From Ostrea edulis (Eukaryota), in the NCBI RefSeq assembly GCF_947568905.1, contig NC_079164.1, forward strand, positions 11,842,001-11,906,000: a stretch of 64,000 bases of DNA, given 5' to 3'. Shown in pieces: positions 13,424-48,165 of the stretch. Positions within the stretch are counted from its first letter, which is position 1. Each line of letters begins with the position of its first letter. The position numbers and the translations under genes are program-made. The notes under the pieces are model-generated. The model saw only the letters and a list, made by a program, of their open reading frames with translations, was not told the origin of the DNA and ran no database searches.

Positions 13424-13759
13424 TAGAAAATGTGAAAAGTTTACAGACAGACGGACAGACAGACAGACGGACGCCGGACAAAATGTGATCAGAATAGCTC
13501 ACTTGAACCTTCGGTTCAGGTGAGCTAAAAACATACAACGTCCGACAGCGAATTGGTTACACTAATCAATTAAATTTAACAATGAACCTTCGATGTCATC
13601 TTCTGGAAGTATTTCATAATCTTGACCCATCTCCTCTTCCTCCTCATCGCTGTCTAGAGAATGTTTTTCTTTGAAACGACCATGCTTTTCGTCAGTAGTA
13701 TCATAAATTTCGTTAATACTGCTCTCTACCGAGTCTTCGTCTATTTTTCTTTTCGACAT
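2415..13759 (-). CDS. CD2BP2: CD2 antigen cytoplasmic tail-binding protein 2 (U5 snRNP 52K / Lin1 orthologue), 4 coding exons, 359 aa
   Basis: Exons 13759-13588, 7531-7410, 4635-4059, 2623-2415 join in phase (1,0,1) with GT-AG ends, 1080 nt in total. Motifs [56 protein letters not shown] and a C-terminal GYF domain (WEYKW...[17 protein letters not shown]...[13 protein letters not shown]) match the family. Confidence 0.95.
3536..3970 (-). mobile_element. Short diverged Helentron-type (pearl-like) copy
   Basis: AACAAGAG start, one core unit, AGCTCACTTGAGCCTGAGTGAGCTAAAA end. Confidence 0.75.
4059..4635 (-). CDS. CD2BP2: CD2BP2 coding exon 3
   Basis: [14 protein letters not shown]...[14 protein letters not shown]...[23 protein letters not shown]...[11 protein letters not shown]; overlaps ORF 4021..4491. 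Confidence 0.92.
5009..6127 (-). mobile_element. Non-autonomous Helentron-type (pearl/HINE) element carrying Cg170/HindIII-like 166-bp repeats
   Basis: Terminal hairpin AGCTCACTTGAACC...GGTTCAGGTGAGCT, ACAG/ACGG microsatellite, tandem 166-bp units (starts 5288, 5454, 5620, 5786) with AAGCTT, and a GGCCCATGGGCC palindrome plus CTCACCTGA subterminal repeat at the other end. Confidence 0.88.
7410..7531 (-). CDS. CD2BP2: CD2BP2 coding exon 2
   Basis: tttcag acceptor; [41 protein letters not shown]; GTACAT donor. Not in the ORF track. Confidence 0.92.
8284..8818 (+). mobile_element. 5'-truncated retroposed insertion (LINE/SINE 3' end)
   Basis: Ends in AATAAA plus (TTA)n, is flanked by the 9-bp duplication TATAGGACT (8275-8283, 8819-8827) and splits an about 59-bp tandem repeat. 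Confidence 0.65.
9051..9618. mobile_element. Probable non-autonomous DNA element
   Basis: 10-bp imperfect terminal inverted repeat AGGTACAGTT/AACCGTACCT; CpG-containing interior unlike the flanking intron; no TSD seen. Confidence 0.4.
10499..10799 (+). mobile_element. hAT-like MITE family F1, internally deleted copy
   Basis: CAGGGCTTGAA...TTAAGCCCTG; 5-bp TSD CAGCG; homologous to 56962-57353 and 63470-63861. Confidence 0.85.
11215..11442 (+). repeat. Dispersed repeat also present at about 56578-56800 (minus) and about 58000-58115 (plus)
   Basis: Shared TGGAGTCCACTTTGAC, CGATATAAAAG and AATCGATTGTC...TCATCACTA segments. Confidence 0.7.
11451..11935. mobile_element. Foldback MITE with about 185-bp inverted arms
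   Basis: CACAGGGGCTAAGCCC...GGGCTTAGCCCCTGTG termini, near-perfect arms 11451-11635 and 11751-11935, perfect 8-bp TSD GATAGGCT. Confidence 0.92.
12167..13530 (-). mobile_element. Second copy of the same Helentron-type element
   Basis: Same termini and microsatellite; unit starts 12377, 12533, 12699, 12865, 13031, 13187 (156- and 166-bp spacings). Confidence 0.88.
13588..13759 (-). CDS. CD2BP2: CD2BP2 coding exon 1
   Basis: [11 protein letters not shown]...[26 protein letters not shown](G), then donor GTTCAT. Confidence 0.9.
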
Positions 13760-14250
13760 GGTTTGAAAATCGAAACGGTGCAACAGGTGCGCATTAAATC
13801 GTTCTATTTCTTCTCTGATTCGCTTAAGATCACAGTAAACGAATCGGACACTTAGCTAGAGAAAATGGCGTTGAAATGAAAAATGTCTTTAAACACTTTT
13901 CAATTATATTGGAAAACATTTCTTGCTAAAAAGAGAAATACATGATTGTATTTTTTTTCAATTTACGAAACAATATTGACCGAGTTAATCCATTCCCCTG
14001 AAAAACATGAAAAAAAACGAAAATAATCCGAACTGTTTATATAAAGTCTTTATCTATATTTCTAGTATTTTATGTAAAAGATTTTAAGAGTATTTATGTT
14101 TTATGTATCTGTGCTGATTATTTTGGTCAAATATTTTGAAAATAGTTTCTTCGTTTCGTATATATATATATTTTATTAATTGTTGAAAAATGGCTGCATT
14201 TTCTTGGTTACGGTAAAGAACCTCATCTGATCAAGTTCATTCCATCAGGT
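13760..14250. promoter_or_regulatory. Bidirectional promoter region of CD2BP2 and SANBR
   Basis: Head-to-head genes in a CpG-retaining segment. YY1-like motifs AAAATGGCG (13862-13870) and AAAAATGGCTGC (14186-14197). A candidate non-coding first exon ends at CAG|GTGCGA (14248). Confidence 0.6.
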
Positions 14251-16199
14251 GCGAGATATTCATTTGTTTATATTGCTTTCGTATTCCACTAGTGATATTG
14301 AGTTTTATTATATCTGTGATTTTTACCACTTACAATAGCCCAGCTACATGTAAACAGGTAAATCGAACAAGATCAGATAAAAGATTTGCACAGCTAGAAC
14401 AATAAAGTATATTATATCATTTTACTTCCATTCGATATTCACTGCGTGTTTTTTTTTATTTATTATTAATTCATCGAAAGTTGCAAGCATATGCATCGTT
14501 GTTAAATGTTAAAATGATAATAAGATTAATCTAAAATGATAATAAGATTAATCTCATACAACATTTAGGCCCTACTGAGGCTAAAGACAGGTTGTGCTAC
14601 AGTAATATGTCTTAAAAGAGTAATGGCGTTAGTATCTATACCCATAACAGAACAAATGATATCCCAAAGTTAGCACCTAACGTATGTGGACAGATTCTGT
14701 CAAGGCATCCTAACTTTCGACATTTGATGATTTTGATCTGTCTATTCATTAAACACAGGAAATCTAACGCACTGTTTAGTGCATTGTGATATCATATTCA
14801 GCATCAGTGTTTAGCAAATTTACAAACATAAAGACATGGCCAGTACAATCGCGTTACTCGAGGGGTAATTATATATGATTAAGAAAATATGCTTTTACGT
14901 ACATATTGTAACATATCAGAATGATGTGAACTTGGATACACAAGATTCAAAATGGAGAAATACATGTCCCCTCAATTGCATTCGAATCGATGCCATTTTG
15001 ACCAAAATTTTCAAGTTCAATAGGTATTGTTTCATCAGTTTTCAATGTTTCCTTTTAAATGTATATACGTGTTACCTATTGGGAGAACTCTGCTCTCACT
15101 GCCCTTTGGGCCATGAGAGAGCTTTGCCCTCTATAGATAAGTCAACTTGTGTGTTTTAGTCTACATTATTCTGATTATATATACATGTAGTCACTTTTTG
15201 TCTAAGTATCATGAAATCCATAATATTTATTACAAACATCTGTACATAAATTCTATAAAGAGTATTTTTTTCAAACTCTTAACAACTGTTACAATTAATT
15301 GGAACGATATGATTCTTGAAAACAGAAACATCAACTTTAAACACTCCATTTCATTATGTAATCCTGTGTAAGAGTAGAATAAAAACCTTGAATATGATGT
15401 TATTAGCATTTCTTACAGTTAATTTAATACGTTTAACTTAATGGTTTTCAGAAAAGAATTAACACAGTGACAAAAACTAGAAAAAAGCAGATATTTTTGT
15501 TGTTAATGGTGTAAATGTTATCATAATTTGATCTTGAATAATTTGAATAAAATGATGTAGAAAAGTGCTTGTTTTCAATGAATTGGCATATATTGGGTAA
15601 TTTTGTCCTGCTGGAAATGATAGCTTTTTTGGCAGATTAAATTAAGTTGCACCAAAATATAAAGCGGCAAGATTTCAAATTACTATTTTGAGAAAAATCT
15701 GCAAAATGTTCCAGACGCCTAAACTACCCAATATACAAAAAATAGAAGTAACTCATTTATGACACTATTCTGTAGACTCCCACTCCTAATGAGATGTATG
15801 GAATGTCAATTTTACAAAACTTAGTTAAGAATTGTTTTGCATCAGATAAATTAGCTTTATTAACTGTATGAGGTGTACTATAGACTATTATAGTCAACCC
15901 AAGTTATCTGTACATTAAAATAAAGGCCTGGTTTAGTTAAAACATACTGTATTACTCTTTAATCTCTGTTTCACAGGTCTTTAAAGTAGCTTAACAGTAA
16001 AATATATTGCATGTAGACAAGTAGTTGATAATAGCATTATTAATCTTGATTTTGCATGAAAGGCAGAGATTTTTATGCCCCAGATCTTCAACGACACAAA
16101 TTTCATAACCTTGATCTTGGTTCATTTCTTTAGATCACTTATCTAATGACATGCATAAAATAAGACCATGAACAATCTGCTACTAGTATCTCAAGTAGT

Positions 16200-16525
16200 A
16201 AGTAAGTTCCTTTCTGGATTTTAGTGATAGGTCTGGTGTGGAAGTTAAATGTAACAGTGACAGTAAGTGAGTTCCTTTCTGGTTTTTTAGTGATAGGTCT
16301 GGTGTAGAAGTTAAATGTAACAGTGACAGTAAGTGAGTTCCTTTCTGGTTTTTTAGTGATAGGTCTGGTGTAGAAGTTAAATGTAACAGTGACAGTAAGT
16401 GAGTTCCTTTCTGGTTTTTTAGTGATAGGTCTGGTGTAGAAGTTAAATGTAACAGTGACAGTAAGTGAGTTCCTTTCTGGTTTTTAGTGATAGGTCTGGT
16501 GTAGAAGTTAAGTGTAACAGTGACG
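16200..16525 (+). repeat. 66-bp minisatellite, 5 units, at the SANBR exon-1 acceptor
   Basis: TGATAGGTCT recurs at 16225, 16291, 16357, 16423, 16488. Confidence 0.95.
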
Positions 16526-16542
16526 GTACAAGAGATTCCTGA

Positions 16543-40097
<23,555 letters not shown>

Positions 40098-41490
40098 GTC
40101 AGCAAAGCCAATTGGATTCAACGAAATCAGAAATTCCATCAAATCCGAGATTCCATCTAAGTCTGTGGCACCAAACAAGGAACCAAGTCCATACAACCAA
40201 GTCCAGTCATAAATTCCATGGCACCAAACAACCTAGTCTATTGTTAGTGCACTAAAGATCTGAACTCTGTGACCTTGACCTCTGGTTTTACATTTACTAT
40301 CCTGCTGTAAGATTGAGGCCTTTTAATCAGATTATGTTTTGTCTCATGATAGTTTGTTCTTTAGAATTCCAAGGATTGCATTTATATAGGATAACAGCCT
40401 TAGGTTGGGAAGGGGGGGTTCAAGTCCAAAATCAAAGACAGACTGAATCTTTCAGAAGTCAAATGAAATACAGTTTCACATGATTCGTCTTTAATATTTG
40501 TAAGTATGGTCTTTTTGAGAATATGACATCAAAAATGAGGCAATATCTTAATTTTACCCAAAATTCAGGTAAATATAATTGTTCTTTAACATTTTTCATT
40601 CAGAAAATGGAGCACAAACAAAATTTCTCTGTCACTAAGTGTACTAGAAGAATCAATCTATGGTATAGACATGGAGTTTGTCCAAGCCTGGGCTTTATGT
40701 TTTCTGAATGAAAAATGGCCATTAGAGGAAATTTTCTTCTTATGATGCCATTATTCTTAAGTTTATTCAAACTGGGAATAATTTAAGTTTGTTGCATTGA
40801 GATTCTTGCAAAAAAAAATAATACAGGGGCAAGTAGGCTGCTCATCATCTCCAAGGTATCGTTCTTGATAGATTTTAGTGATAATGATTTGATGCAATTT
40901 ATTTGTAAGATTTTTATGTAGACTGTTTTTTATTTGTACATATATACTACGTCTTGTTTTATTTCTTTGATGCAAATTATTTATTTATAATCTTTTTTTA
41001 TGAAAATAGATTTTTTTAATGCGTACCTCTTTTATCTTTACTAAGTCAGACCTTAAGATGAACTTACAAAGAGCTTGATTCCCAACAATGAATCAGCTTT
41101 TCAGTTGTTGTTTTTTTTTCTGTTTTGCAGCTACCAGGTATTGTTACTGATTTGAGTTTGGGCTTTGTTGACCTTTTTTTGAAAGAGTGATGGACCTTGA
41201 AGTTAGCAAATTTCAGGGGGGTTGGGGTTCTTTGACTGCAGCTACTGAATGGAAACTTTATACATAAGCTTATACCAATGAGTTACAGATTAAATTCGAG
41301 TCTCCTTTAAATTATGCCACAAAGCAGGGCCCTATTGCGATGCCTGTCACCACAATGATATTTAGTTTACATTTCTACTTAGATTAATACATGCCAATAA
41401 TGATGATTGTTTTCTGTTTGACAATTCACACTGATATGAACACACCATAACGAGCAAACATTTGAGCTCCATACGTATCCATTAACTTAA

Positions 41491-42011
41491 AGGTACATGT
41501 AGCTCCACCCTCATGTGACGTCATAGGTTTTTTCAAAAACTTTATTTTACTAAACTTTTTGTTTTGCATGGTAGAAATAAATCTATTGAAGGAATTTTAT
41601 TCATTGGGTATAATAAAAAATTTGGTAAACTATTTGTGCTGAAAAAAATTCATCCTCTATGAATAATCAATCATCTATATAAAAATAATACTGTCAAGGG
41701 CAATAACTCCTATGTGTGTATATTCACTATATCTATTTTACAATGATTTCCCTGATATCCACTATTAATATATATATATATCTGTTAAATAGCAGTTATT
41801 TTTTAAAACTGTTGAAATTAAATTTTTGCCATTTTAACCAGTTTTACTATTTGTATTCTGTTTATGTATGCCTGATATCTTTAAAAAGGTGGCAACATAC
41901 ATATTTTCGTTAGTTGTTGATCAAATTAAGTTAGATTAAGTAGAAATCAATACAGTTTTTTGTGCTTTGAACAATAAAAATTGACAAGTCACATGAGGGT
42001 GGAGCTAACCT
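41491..42011. mobile_element. Kolobok-like MITE
   Basis: Inverted AGCTCCACCCTCATGTGAC/GTCACATGAGGGTGGAGCT, AGGT...ACCT ends and a left TTAA. Confidence 0.6.
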
Positions 42012-42163
42012 AAAGATATCTTTACTTGAAAATTTTAATTTGGTGTTCCAAAATTGATGAAATGTAAGCCGCTGTGAAGGAGCCTTGATTGGTTTCATGC
42101 TAAAATTCCACTGTATGTCACTGATAAAAAAGACTGTTCATCACATCAAACTGATCCCCCTCT

Positions 42164-43425
42164 GATAAACATTAGAATATCAGACTACAGGCATCTCTGA
42201 TGTTGATAAACATTAGAATGTCAGACTACAGGCATCTCTGATTGTGATAAACATTAGAATGTCAGACTACAGGCATCTCTGATTGTGATAAACATTAGAA
42301 TGTCAATAACGAAGTACTTAGCTACTGGGCTATAGAGACCCTCGTGGACTAACAGTCCACCAGCAGAGGCCTCGACCCATGTAATTTGGATCTGTGTATG
42401 TTTAAATTGGATCTGTCTTTGTGTGTAATTTGGATCTGTCTATGTGTAATTTGGATATGTCTATGTGCAATTTGGATCTGCCTACGTGTAAATTGGATCT
42501 ATCTACATGTAATTAGGATCTGTCTAAGTGTAATTTGGATCTGTCTGTGTAATTTGGATCTGTCTATGTGTAATTTGGATCTGTCTGCATGTAATTTGGA
42601 TCTGTCTATGTGTAATTTGGATCTGTCTGTGTAATTTGGATCTGTGTACATGTAATTTGGATCTGTCTATGTGTAATTTGGATCTGTCTACATGTAATTT
42701 GGATCTGTCTATGTGTAATTTGGATCTGTCTACATGTAATTAGGATCTTCCTACATGTAATTAGGATCTGTCTGCATGTATTTAGGACATGATCCAAATT
42801 ACACATAGACAGATCCAAATTACACATACAAATTACACAACATCAGAGATACCTGTAGTCTGACATTCTAATGTTTATCACAATCAGAGATGTAGACAGA
42901 TCCAAATTATATGTAGACAGATCCAAATTACATGTACACAGATCCAAATTACACAAAGACAGATCCAAATTACACATAGAAAGATCCTTATTACATGTAG
43001 ACAGATCCTAATTACATGCAGACAGATCCAAATTACACATAGACATATCCAAATTACACATAGACAGATCCAAATTACATGCAGACAGATCCAAATTACA
43101 CATAGACATATCCAAATTACATATAGACAGATCCAAATTACACATAGACAGATCCAAATTACACAGATAGATCCAAATTACACATAGACAGATCCAATTT
43201 ACACATAGACAAATCCAAATTACACACAAAGACAGATCCAAATTACACACAAAGACAGATCCAATTTACACATACACAGATCCAAATTACACATGTGTAG
43301 AAAGATCCTAATTACATGTAGACAGATCCAAATTACATGTAGACAGATCCAAATTACACATAGACAGATCCAAATTACATGTAGACAGAACAAAATTGCA
43401 CATAGACAGACAGATCCAAAGTACA
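42164..43425. repeat. Complex inverted minisatellite block (41-bp and about 21-bp units)
   Basis: 41-bp units 42164-42305; TGTAATTTGGATCTGTCTA units on the plus strand 42378-42790; the same units inverted 42791-43425, including an inverted 41-bp unit at 42841-42892. Confidence 0.92.
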
Positions 43426-43632
43426 CTTGTATATACATTAAAGTAGATGACACAAACAAAATACACACGTTTTTAAAGTTACCAAAAATATCAGCCAGAA
43501 TTCTTCCTTTGGCTGATGTAATGAGTTATACAACGTGTAGTGGTTTAGTAAATGATTTATTTCTGGTAGATTCCATACATATACAATCATAATAAAGCAC
43601 TTCAATGTCTATGGTGAAGTTCTGTAGTTTAA

Positions 43633-43790
43633 TCACACTTCGGGTTGAGCTGTTGTGGAAATTGGGGTCCTTATTCCATCGATAATGGATTGTTCAACAT
43701 GGATTTCATATGGTATGGACGTCATTGGCTGAGCCGTGTCAAACTGACCCATAACCATTAAATTGTCTAAGTGGGTAGTTGCTGTTGAAT
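43633..43790 (-). CDS. BRICHOS gene terminal exon
   Basis: ctctctacag acceptor; STATTHLDNLMVMGQFDTAQPMTSIPYEIHVEQSIIDGIRTPISTTAQPEV then TGA; AATAAA on the minus strand at about 43556-43561. Confidence 0.72.
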
Positions 43791-44718
43791 CTGTAGAGAG
43801 ATGCAATGCATGATCAACTTTGTGAAATAAGCATTTAATCAATTATATCAAATTCTGTAGTCATTTTAGACGCAATTTTGTATCAATTATTCAGGATTGG
43901 CTGCAAGTCAACCCACCCACCCCCCCCAAAACTAATTACAAATAGTGATTTCACCTGGTCACCAGATCAGCATCTTCAGTTCTTCTCTAGCCAGGTGTCT
44001 GAGAGAGTAATCGGACACTTGGCTAGCCAAGACGCCAGATTGGATGCTTGTTTTTAGTTTTATTTTATTTTTTCACATGATAAATATTTTTATGAAAGTT
44101 ATCACTGATAACTTAGTACTCGCCATAGAAGACAAAAGTTTTTGCCAATTTTAGGCTCCTTAAGCCACCCATTCCCCTCCACTCACTGTTTTGGGGCAAA
44201 AAAGGTACAAACTTACGTCACAACACCACCCACCCCCTTTGAAAACTTAGTGGATTGGCCCCGAGAAATACTACTAATTAAAATAAGTCAAATTTAGCAT
44301 CTCTAGCTGGTGATGTCTTTATATGAGTGAAATAGTCATGATGGAATGTAAAAAAGCTTACAAACAAAACATACCTGTATCATGGTATTCTCACCTTTCA
44401 CAAGTCTGAAGTGGTTATTGTGCTTAGAAGCCTTTGTGCAGAACCTGGCGATTTTAGCATTTAACTTGCTAAGTTCTGCAGCTGAGAGGCGATTCATTTC
44501 TTCTGCAACAAACTTCACGGGAGTGCCAGTGGAGACGGGAGAGTTCTAGAGAAATAGGAAACAATTGAAAAATATTGGGATTAACAGTGATTGCAAAAAA
44601 TCTATAAATAAACATGATGAAATGAGTGAAACACACGTGTACACACTCTCCCCCATTCCGGCACATAGTCCCATAAATGGCTTGTTAGTATATTAAATCT
44701 TTTTCAGAAGCGGATTCA

Positions 44719-44749
<31 letters not shown>

Positions 44750-47700
44750 AAAACCGGGGTTTTTTTTATTCATTCCGGAATTGTTAATTTCAATCATATT
44801 TTATGCATTGACTTGAATTTCCGGTATTGCGGTAATGATGCAGCGAAAGCGAAAACAAACATGAACGATTTTTGACTCTGGAGAAAAGGTAAGATTTCTA
44901 ATAGATGTCATGTTTTTGAACTGAAAAAAAATTGAGAAAATCAATCAAAATTGTTTAGGTTCATTAAATTGATATATCGCAAGTGCTTTCACAGAGGCCG
45001 ATCGCCGCCGATATGGACATCCCAGTGGCGCAGCTCCCACATGTGTAGTAACGTTTTTATTTTATATAGACTAAGATGTATACTGTAACCTTACAACTTG
45101 AAGTGTGATAATCAATCTATATGAAATAAGTATATGTGACAAATTTCAGGATCTGTCCTGAACCCGCTAGGGCTTGGGCGGATCCCAGACCCCCAACTGA
45201 AGTCCTGGATCCGTTCATCCCATTGGTCTTGTAAACATGTAACATCCAACATACCATACTGATAAAAAAAATATTAACAGCAAGTTTTACAGTTAACATA
45301 TTGAACAAAGAGGTCCAGAAATTGCAAAGTCCTCCACATAGACGAACAAAATAGCAATACTAGATCTGTTTGTTCATCATAAAAGTATACATTACATACG
45401 CTAACGCGGCTTTGGAGCTCTGTCTTTGCATCTGCTAGTGTAACACTGGTTGTTGTAATGAAGCAGGCCTGGTCACGGCCGGCAAAGAAATTCTTGAGCT
45501 TCCGCCTTCTCTCTCGTCTCGTCATTCCCTCGGCGGCCTCTGGCGTCAGGGTAGGCCCGGGTAGATCGGACGTGGTGGGGAACTTGGTTCGGAAAGCCAC
45601 CATTCCCTATTCACACAAAAACAAACCATTTTTGCATTGTGACATAACTGTACTCTAGAACAATATACACGAGCCAGGGGTGCGTTTTACAAAAGAACTT
45701 GTGACTTACAACCAACTTTTCAAACTGAAATTTTCTCGTTTATTGTAAGATCATTCACTCCCAGAAACGTTTTAATTAATTGATTTAAACTTATAACTTT
45801 GTAGTTACAATTCAAGTCTTACGACTTTGTCTTCAGTTGTTTTGTGAAACGGACCCCAGTACTTTGAATTTCCGATCACGCAATCGGACGGTAATTGATA
45901 AATACACTGAAACCTGGTACAAAAATCGAAATAAATTAATTGATGGGAAACTGTGCACTTATTTTAAGCTTAAGGAGCACTTTGGTTTTGAGAACTATCT
46001 TAATAAAATTAAAAATTTTGATACTAGGCGATCTATTTGTAAGTTACGGATATCAGCTCATAAATTAATGATTGAAGTTGGTAGATATTCTGGTATTTCT
46101 AGGAATGAACGAATATGTAACAAATGCAACTCGTTTATTAGGTGATGAGATCCATTTTTTAAAATTAAATGTGAAAAGTTTGCTGATGAGAGAAAATCTT
46201 TTTGTGGTGCTATAGAAAAAACAGTTAAAATTTTTACCAAACTCGATGATGAACAAAAATTCATTTACATACTATGTTCTGAAGAGCCATCCATTCTAAA
46301 TATAACTGGAAAATTTATTTTGAACAATATATGACACTGTATTTGTATATAACTATGTGTTATGTAATCACTTCTTTCTTTACTTGTATATGTATATGTA
46401 CATTATTTGTATGTATTTTCATGCTGCCCCTTGAGGGCCCTTGATTGGAAATAAATATAGTTAGTTAGTTACTCAATCTAATTAAAATGAGATCTTCTCT
46501 AACTGTTACACTGGAATGAGAGAGCTCATGTAGATCTTATTCGCTTTAACGTTAACAACCATTCAAATGTATTTGTTGATATATTTAGTAAAACAATCGT
46601 AAAAATTGGATAGATTTATTATAACACTCTTTCGGCATTAACTGTGAATGTAGAATTCCATGGTATGTACGTTTTTTTTTACAGGTAAGGGTTCTATGAG
46701 GAGTTGCCCTTCCTGTCTCAAGATGGATACGTAAATAACCTTACAGTGATTTAAAACAACGTGGAAGCTGAAGGAATCTGCAAGTGCTTTGCTAATTAAT
46801 CAAATGTGATTGAGGAATTCTGCGGTATCATGTGCTGCCATTGATAATGAATATATATATATATAAAAAATAATTATACTAGATAAACAAAAATGAAAAA
46901 TTGAGTACTTGCAAACGCAGTCTGATTAAAATCAGACCCCATTCTCATTACGTTACGAGTGTAAGGAGAAGTGGGGTGGGGGGCGGGGGGGGGGGGGGGG
47001 GCGACTGGTGAAAACAAAGATAATGAGTTTTTTGCTGGTCAGTAGACACGTGAACTTTGTGTTTACTCCACAGAATGACTAATGATAATTTGATTGATAT
47101 GTTACGCGCACCGCAACGAAGTGTGCCACCTCAAAACAGCCATAAAAGTGTCACACTCCACGTAAAATATTAATATAGAAGAAAAATATAACAGAATTTT
47201 TTTTTTCAAAACTACATTTTTAAACAAAGACGGAATTAATATTTAATTTCATCAAGGTTTAATAATATTACATTGAAAATGATTTATATAAATGAAATGA
47301 CACAAACATTGATTTTTGTTAGAGAAGCGGTAGTTCGATTTTTTAATATATAATACACAGGGATAATTTTTTAAAATGCTATGCTCGAAAAGGTTGGACA
47401 TTTTTAATGATAGAAGTGATCGAAAAATGAAATCTCACACTGTCGAAGTCGATCATGGTGGTGGATTTGTCAAATCCCTCAGTCTTGAGATCCCTGTCCC
47501 GGGACTTCATCAGGAGCACGTTTTTGGTGGCAGCCAGGTAGGCGGTTTCGTTAACTACGGTGTTTGTGGGTAGGTTAGTAGTCCACTGATATTTCACAAG
47601 CTGAAAACACACAGGATGTACAGTATAAACCGTTACATATTTGAAATTGATGTTGTGAACTTAATATTTCAGTCCGCGATGGAGAAAAACACCGTTGAAC

Positions 47701-48165
47701 CGCCGATCCAATTATTTTTGTTCTACATCTTTGCATCATAATTTGTTTAAATCATCTTTCGTTTGATTTGCATAACAAATCCCAGCCAATGAAATTTTGA
47801 TAATTTTTCTAATTTTCTCATGTAGGGTTACTTTTAAAATAATTCACTCTGATGGGAGGGGCAACACAATATAACCGTTCGAGGTTCTACTTTAAGAAAT
47901 TCATCGGATATTTATTTTGTTTTTCATTTTAATTAATCTAAGCCATAAAACTTCAAACGCATCGAGATGAATATGACTTCCGGAACTTACCCCAAAACTC
48001 TTCCGTGACCGCGTCCCAGTTCCCTCTCCTCCAGGTTTTGGCTTCGAACAGATCATTTAGGGTGTTGGCGCCTGCCTTCTGGGTGAAGGCTTCTCCCAGA
48101 ACCAATGCAAGCGGCACAAGGAATCTGAAAATCAATCGTGTTTTGGACTGAAGAGCAATTCTCAT
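43633..48165 (-). CDS. BRICHOS-domain protein (putative secreted precursor), 5 exons
   Basis: Exons 48165(or 48056)-47991, 47600-47439, 45606-45400, 44545-44395, 43790-43633. Exons 2-5 join in phase and give TTMIDFDSGMVAFR ... ACFI ... ELSKLNAKIARFC ... HFRLV, matching the BRICHOS pattern (conserved Asp in DFxxGxxAxR, C-F/Y-I, I-x-x-F/L-C with two Cys). The N-terminus is signal-peptide-like (RFLVPLALVLGEA) and there is one N-glycosylation sequon (NET). The exon 1-2 junction is 1 nt out of phase for the signal-peptide frame. Confidence 0.72.
44395..44545 (-). CDS. BRICHOS gene exon 4
   Basis: NSPVSTGTPVKFVAEEMNRLSAAELSKLNAKIARFCTKASKHNNHFRLVK(D); GTGAGA donor. Confidence 0.78.
45400..45606 (-). 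CDS. BRICHOS gene exon 3
   Basis: GMVAFRTKFPTTSDLPGPTLTPEAAEGMTRRERRRKLKNFFAGRDQACFITTTSVTLADAKTELQSRVS; GTATGT donor. Confidence 0.78.
45860..46470 (+). mobile_element. 3' fragment of a non-LTR retrotransposon (ORF2 C-terminus and tail) in a BRICHOS intron
   Basis: KLCTYFKLK.HFGFENYL...KLRISAHKLMIEVGRY...RNERICNKCN...GDEIHF (CCHC-type LINE ORF2 end), then AAATAAA and a (TTAG)n tail. The clade cannot be fixed from this fragment. Confidence 0.85.
47439..47600 (-). CDS. BRICHOS gene exon 2
   Basis: gttttcag acceptor; LVKYQWTTNLPTNTVVNETAY...TTMIDFDS; GTGAGA donor. Confidence 0.78.
47991..48165 (-). CDS. BRICHOS gene exon 1 (start uncertain)
   Basis: MRIALQSKTRLIFRFLVPLALVLGEAFTQ...VTEEFW(G) ends at a GTAAGT donor. 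The alternative ATG at 48056 is in phase with exon 2. Confidence 0.55.

Noticed and set aside
5856-13523. Two near-identical 87-88-aa ORFs ([12 protein letters not shown]...)
   Set aside because: Both lie in the conserved end of the Helentron-type non-autonomous elements; they are repeat-derived, not a gene pair.
42306-42378. Short GC-richer segment (AATAACGAAGTACTTAGCTACTGGGC...) resembling a retroelement end
   Set aside because: Too short to classify without a repeat-library search.
42386-43592. Cys/Ile-rich and QIQIT-repeat ORFs
   Set aside because: Translations of the 21-bp minisatellite on both strands.
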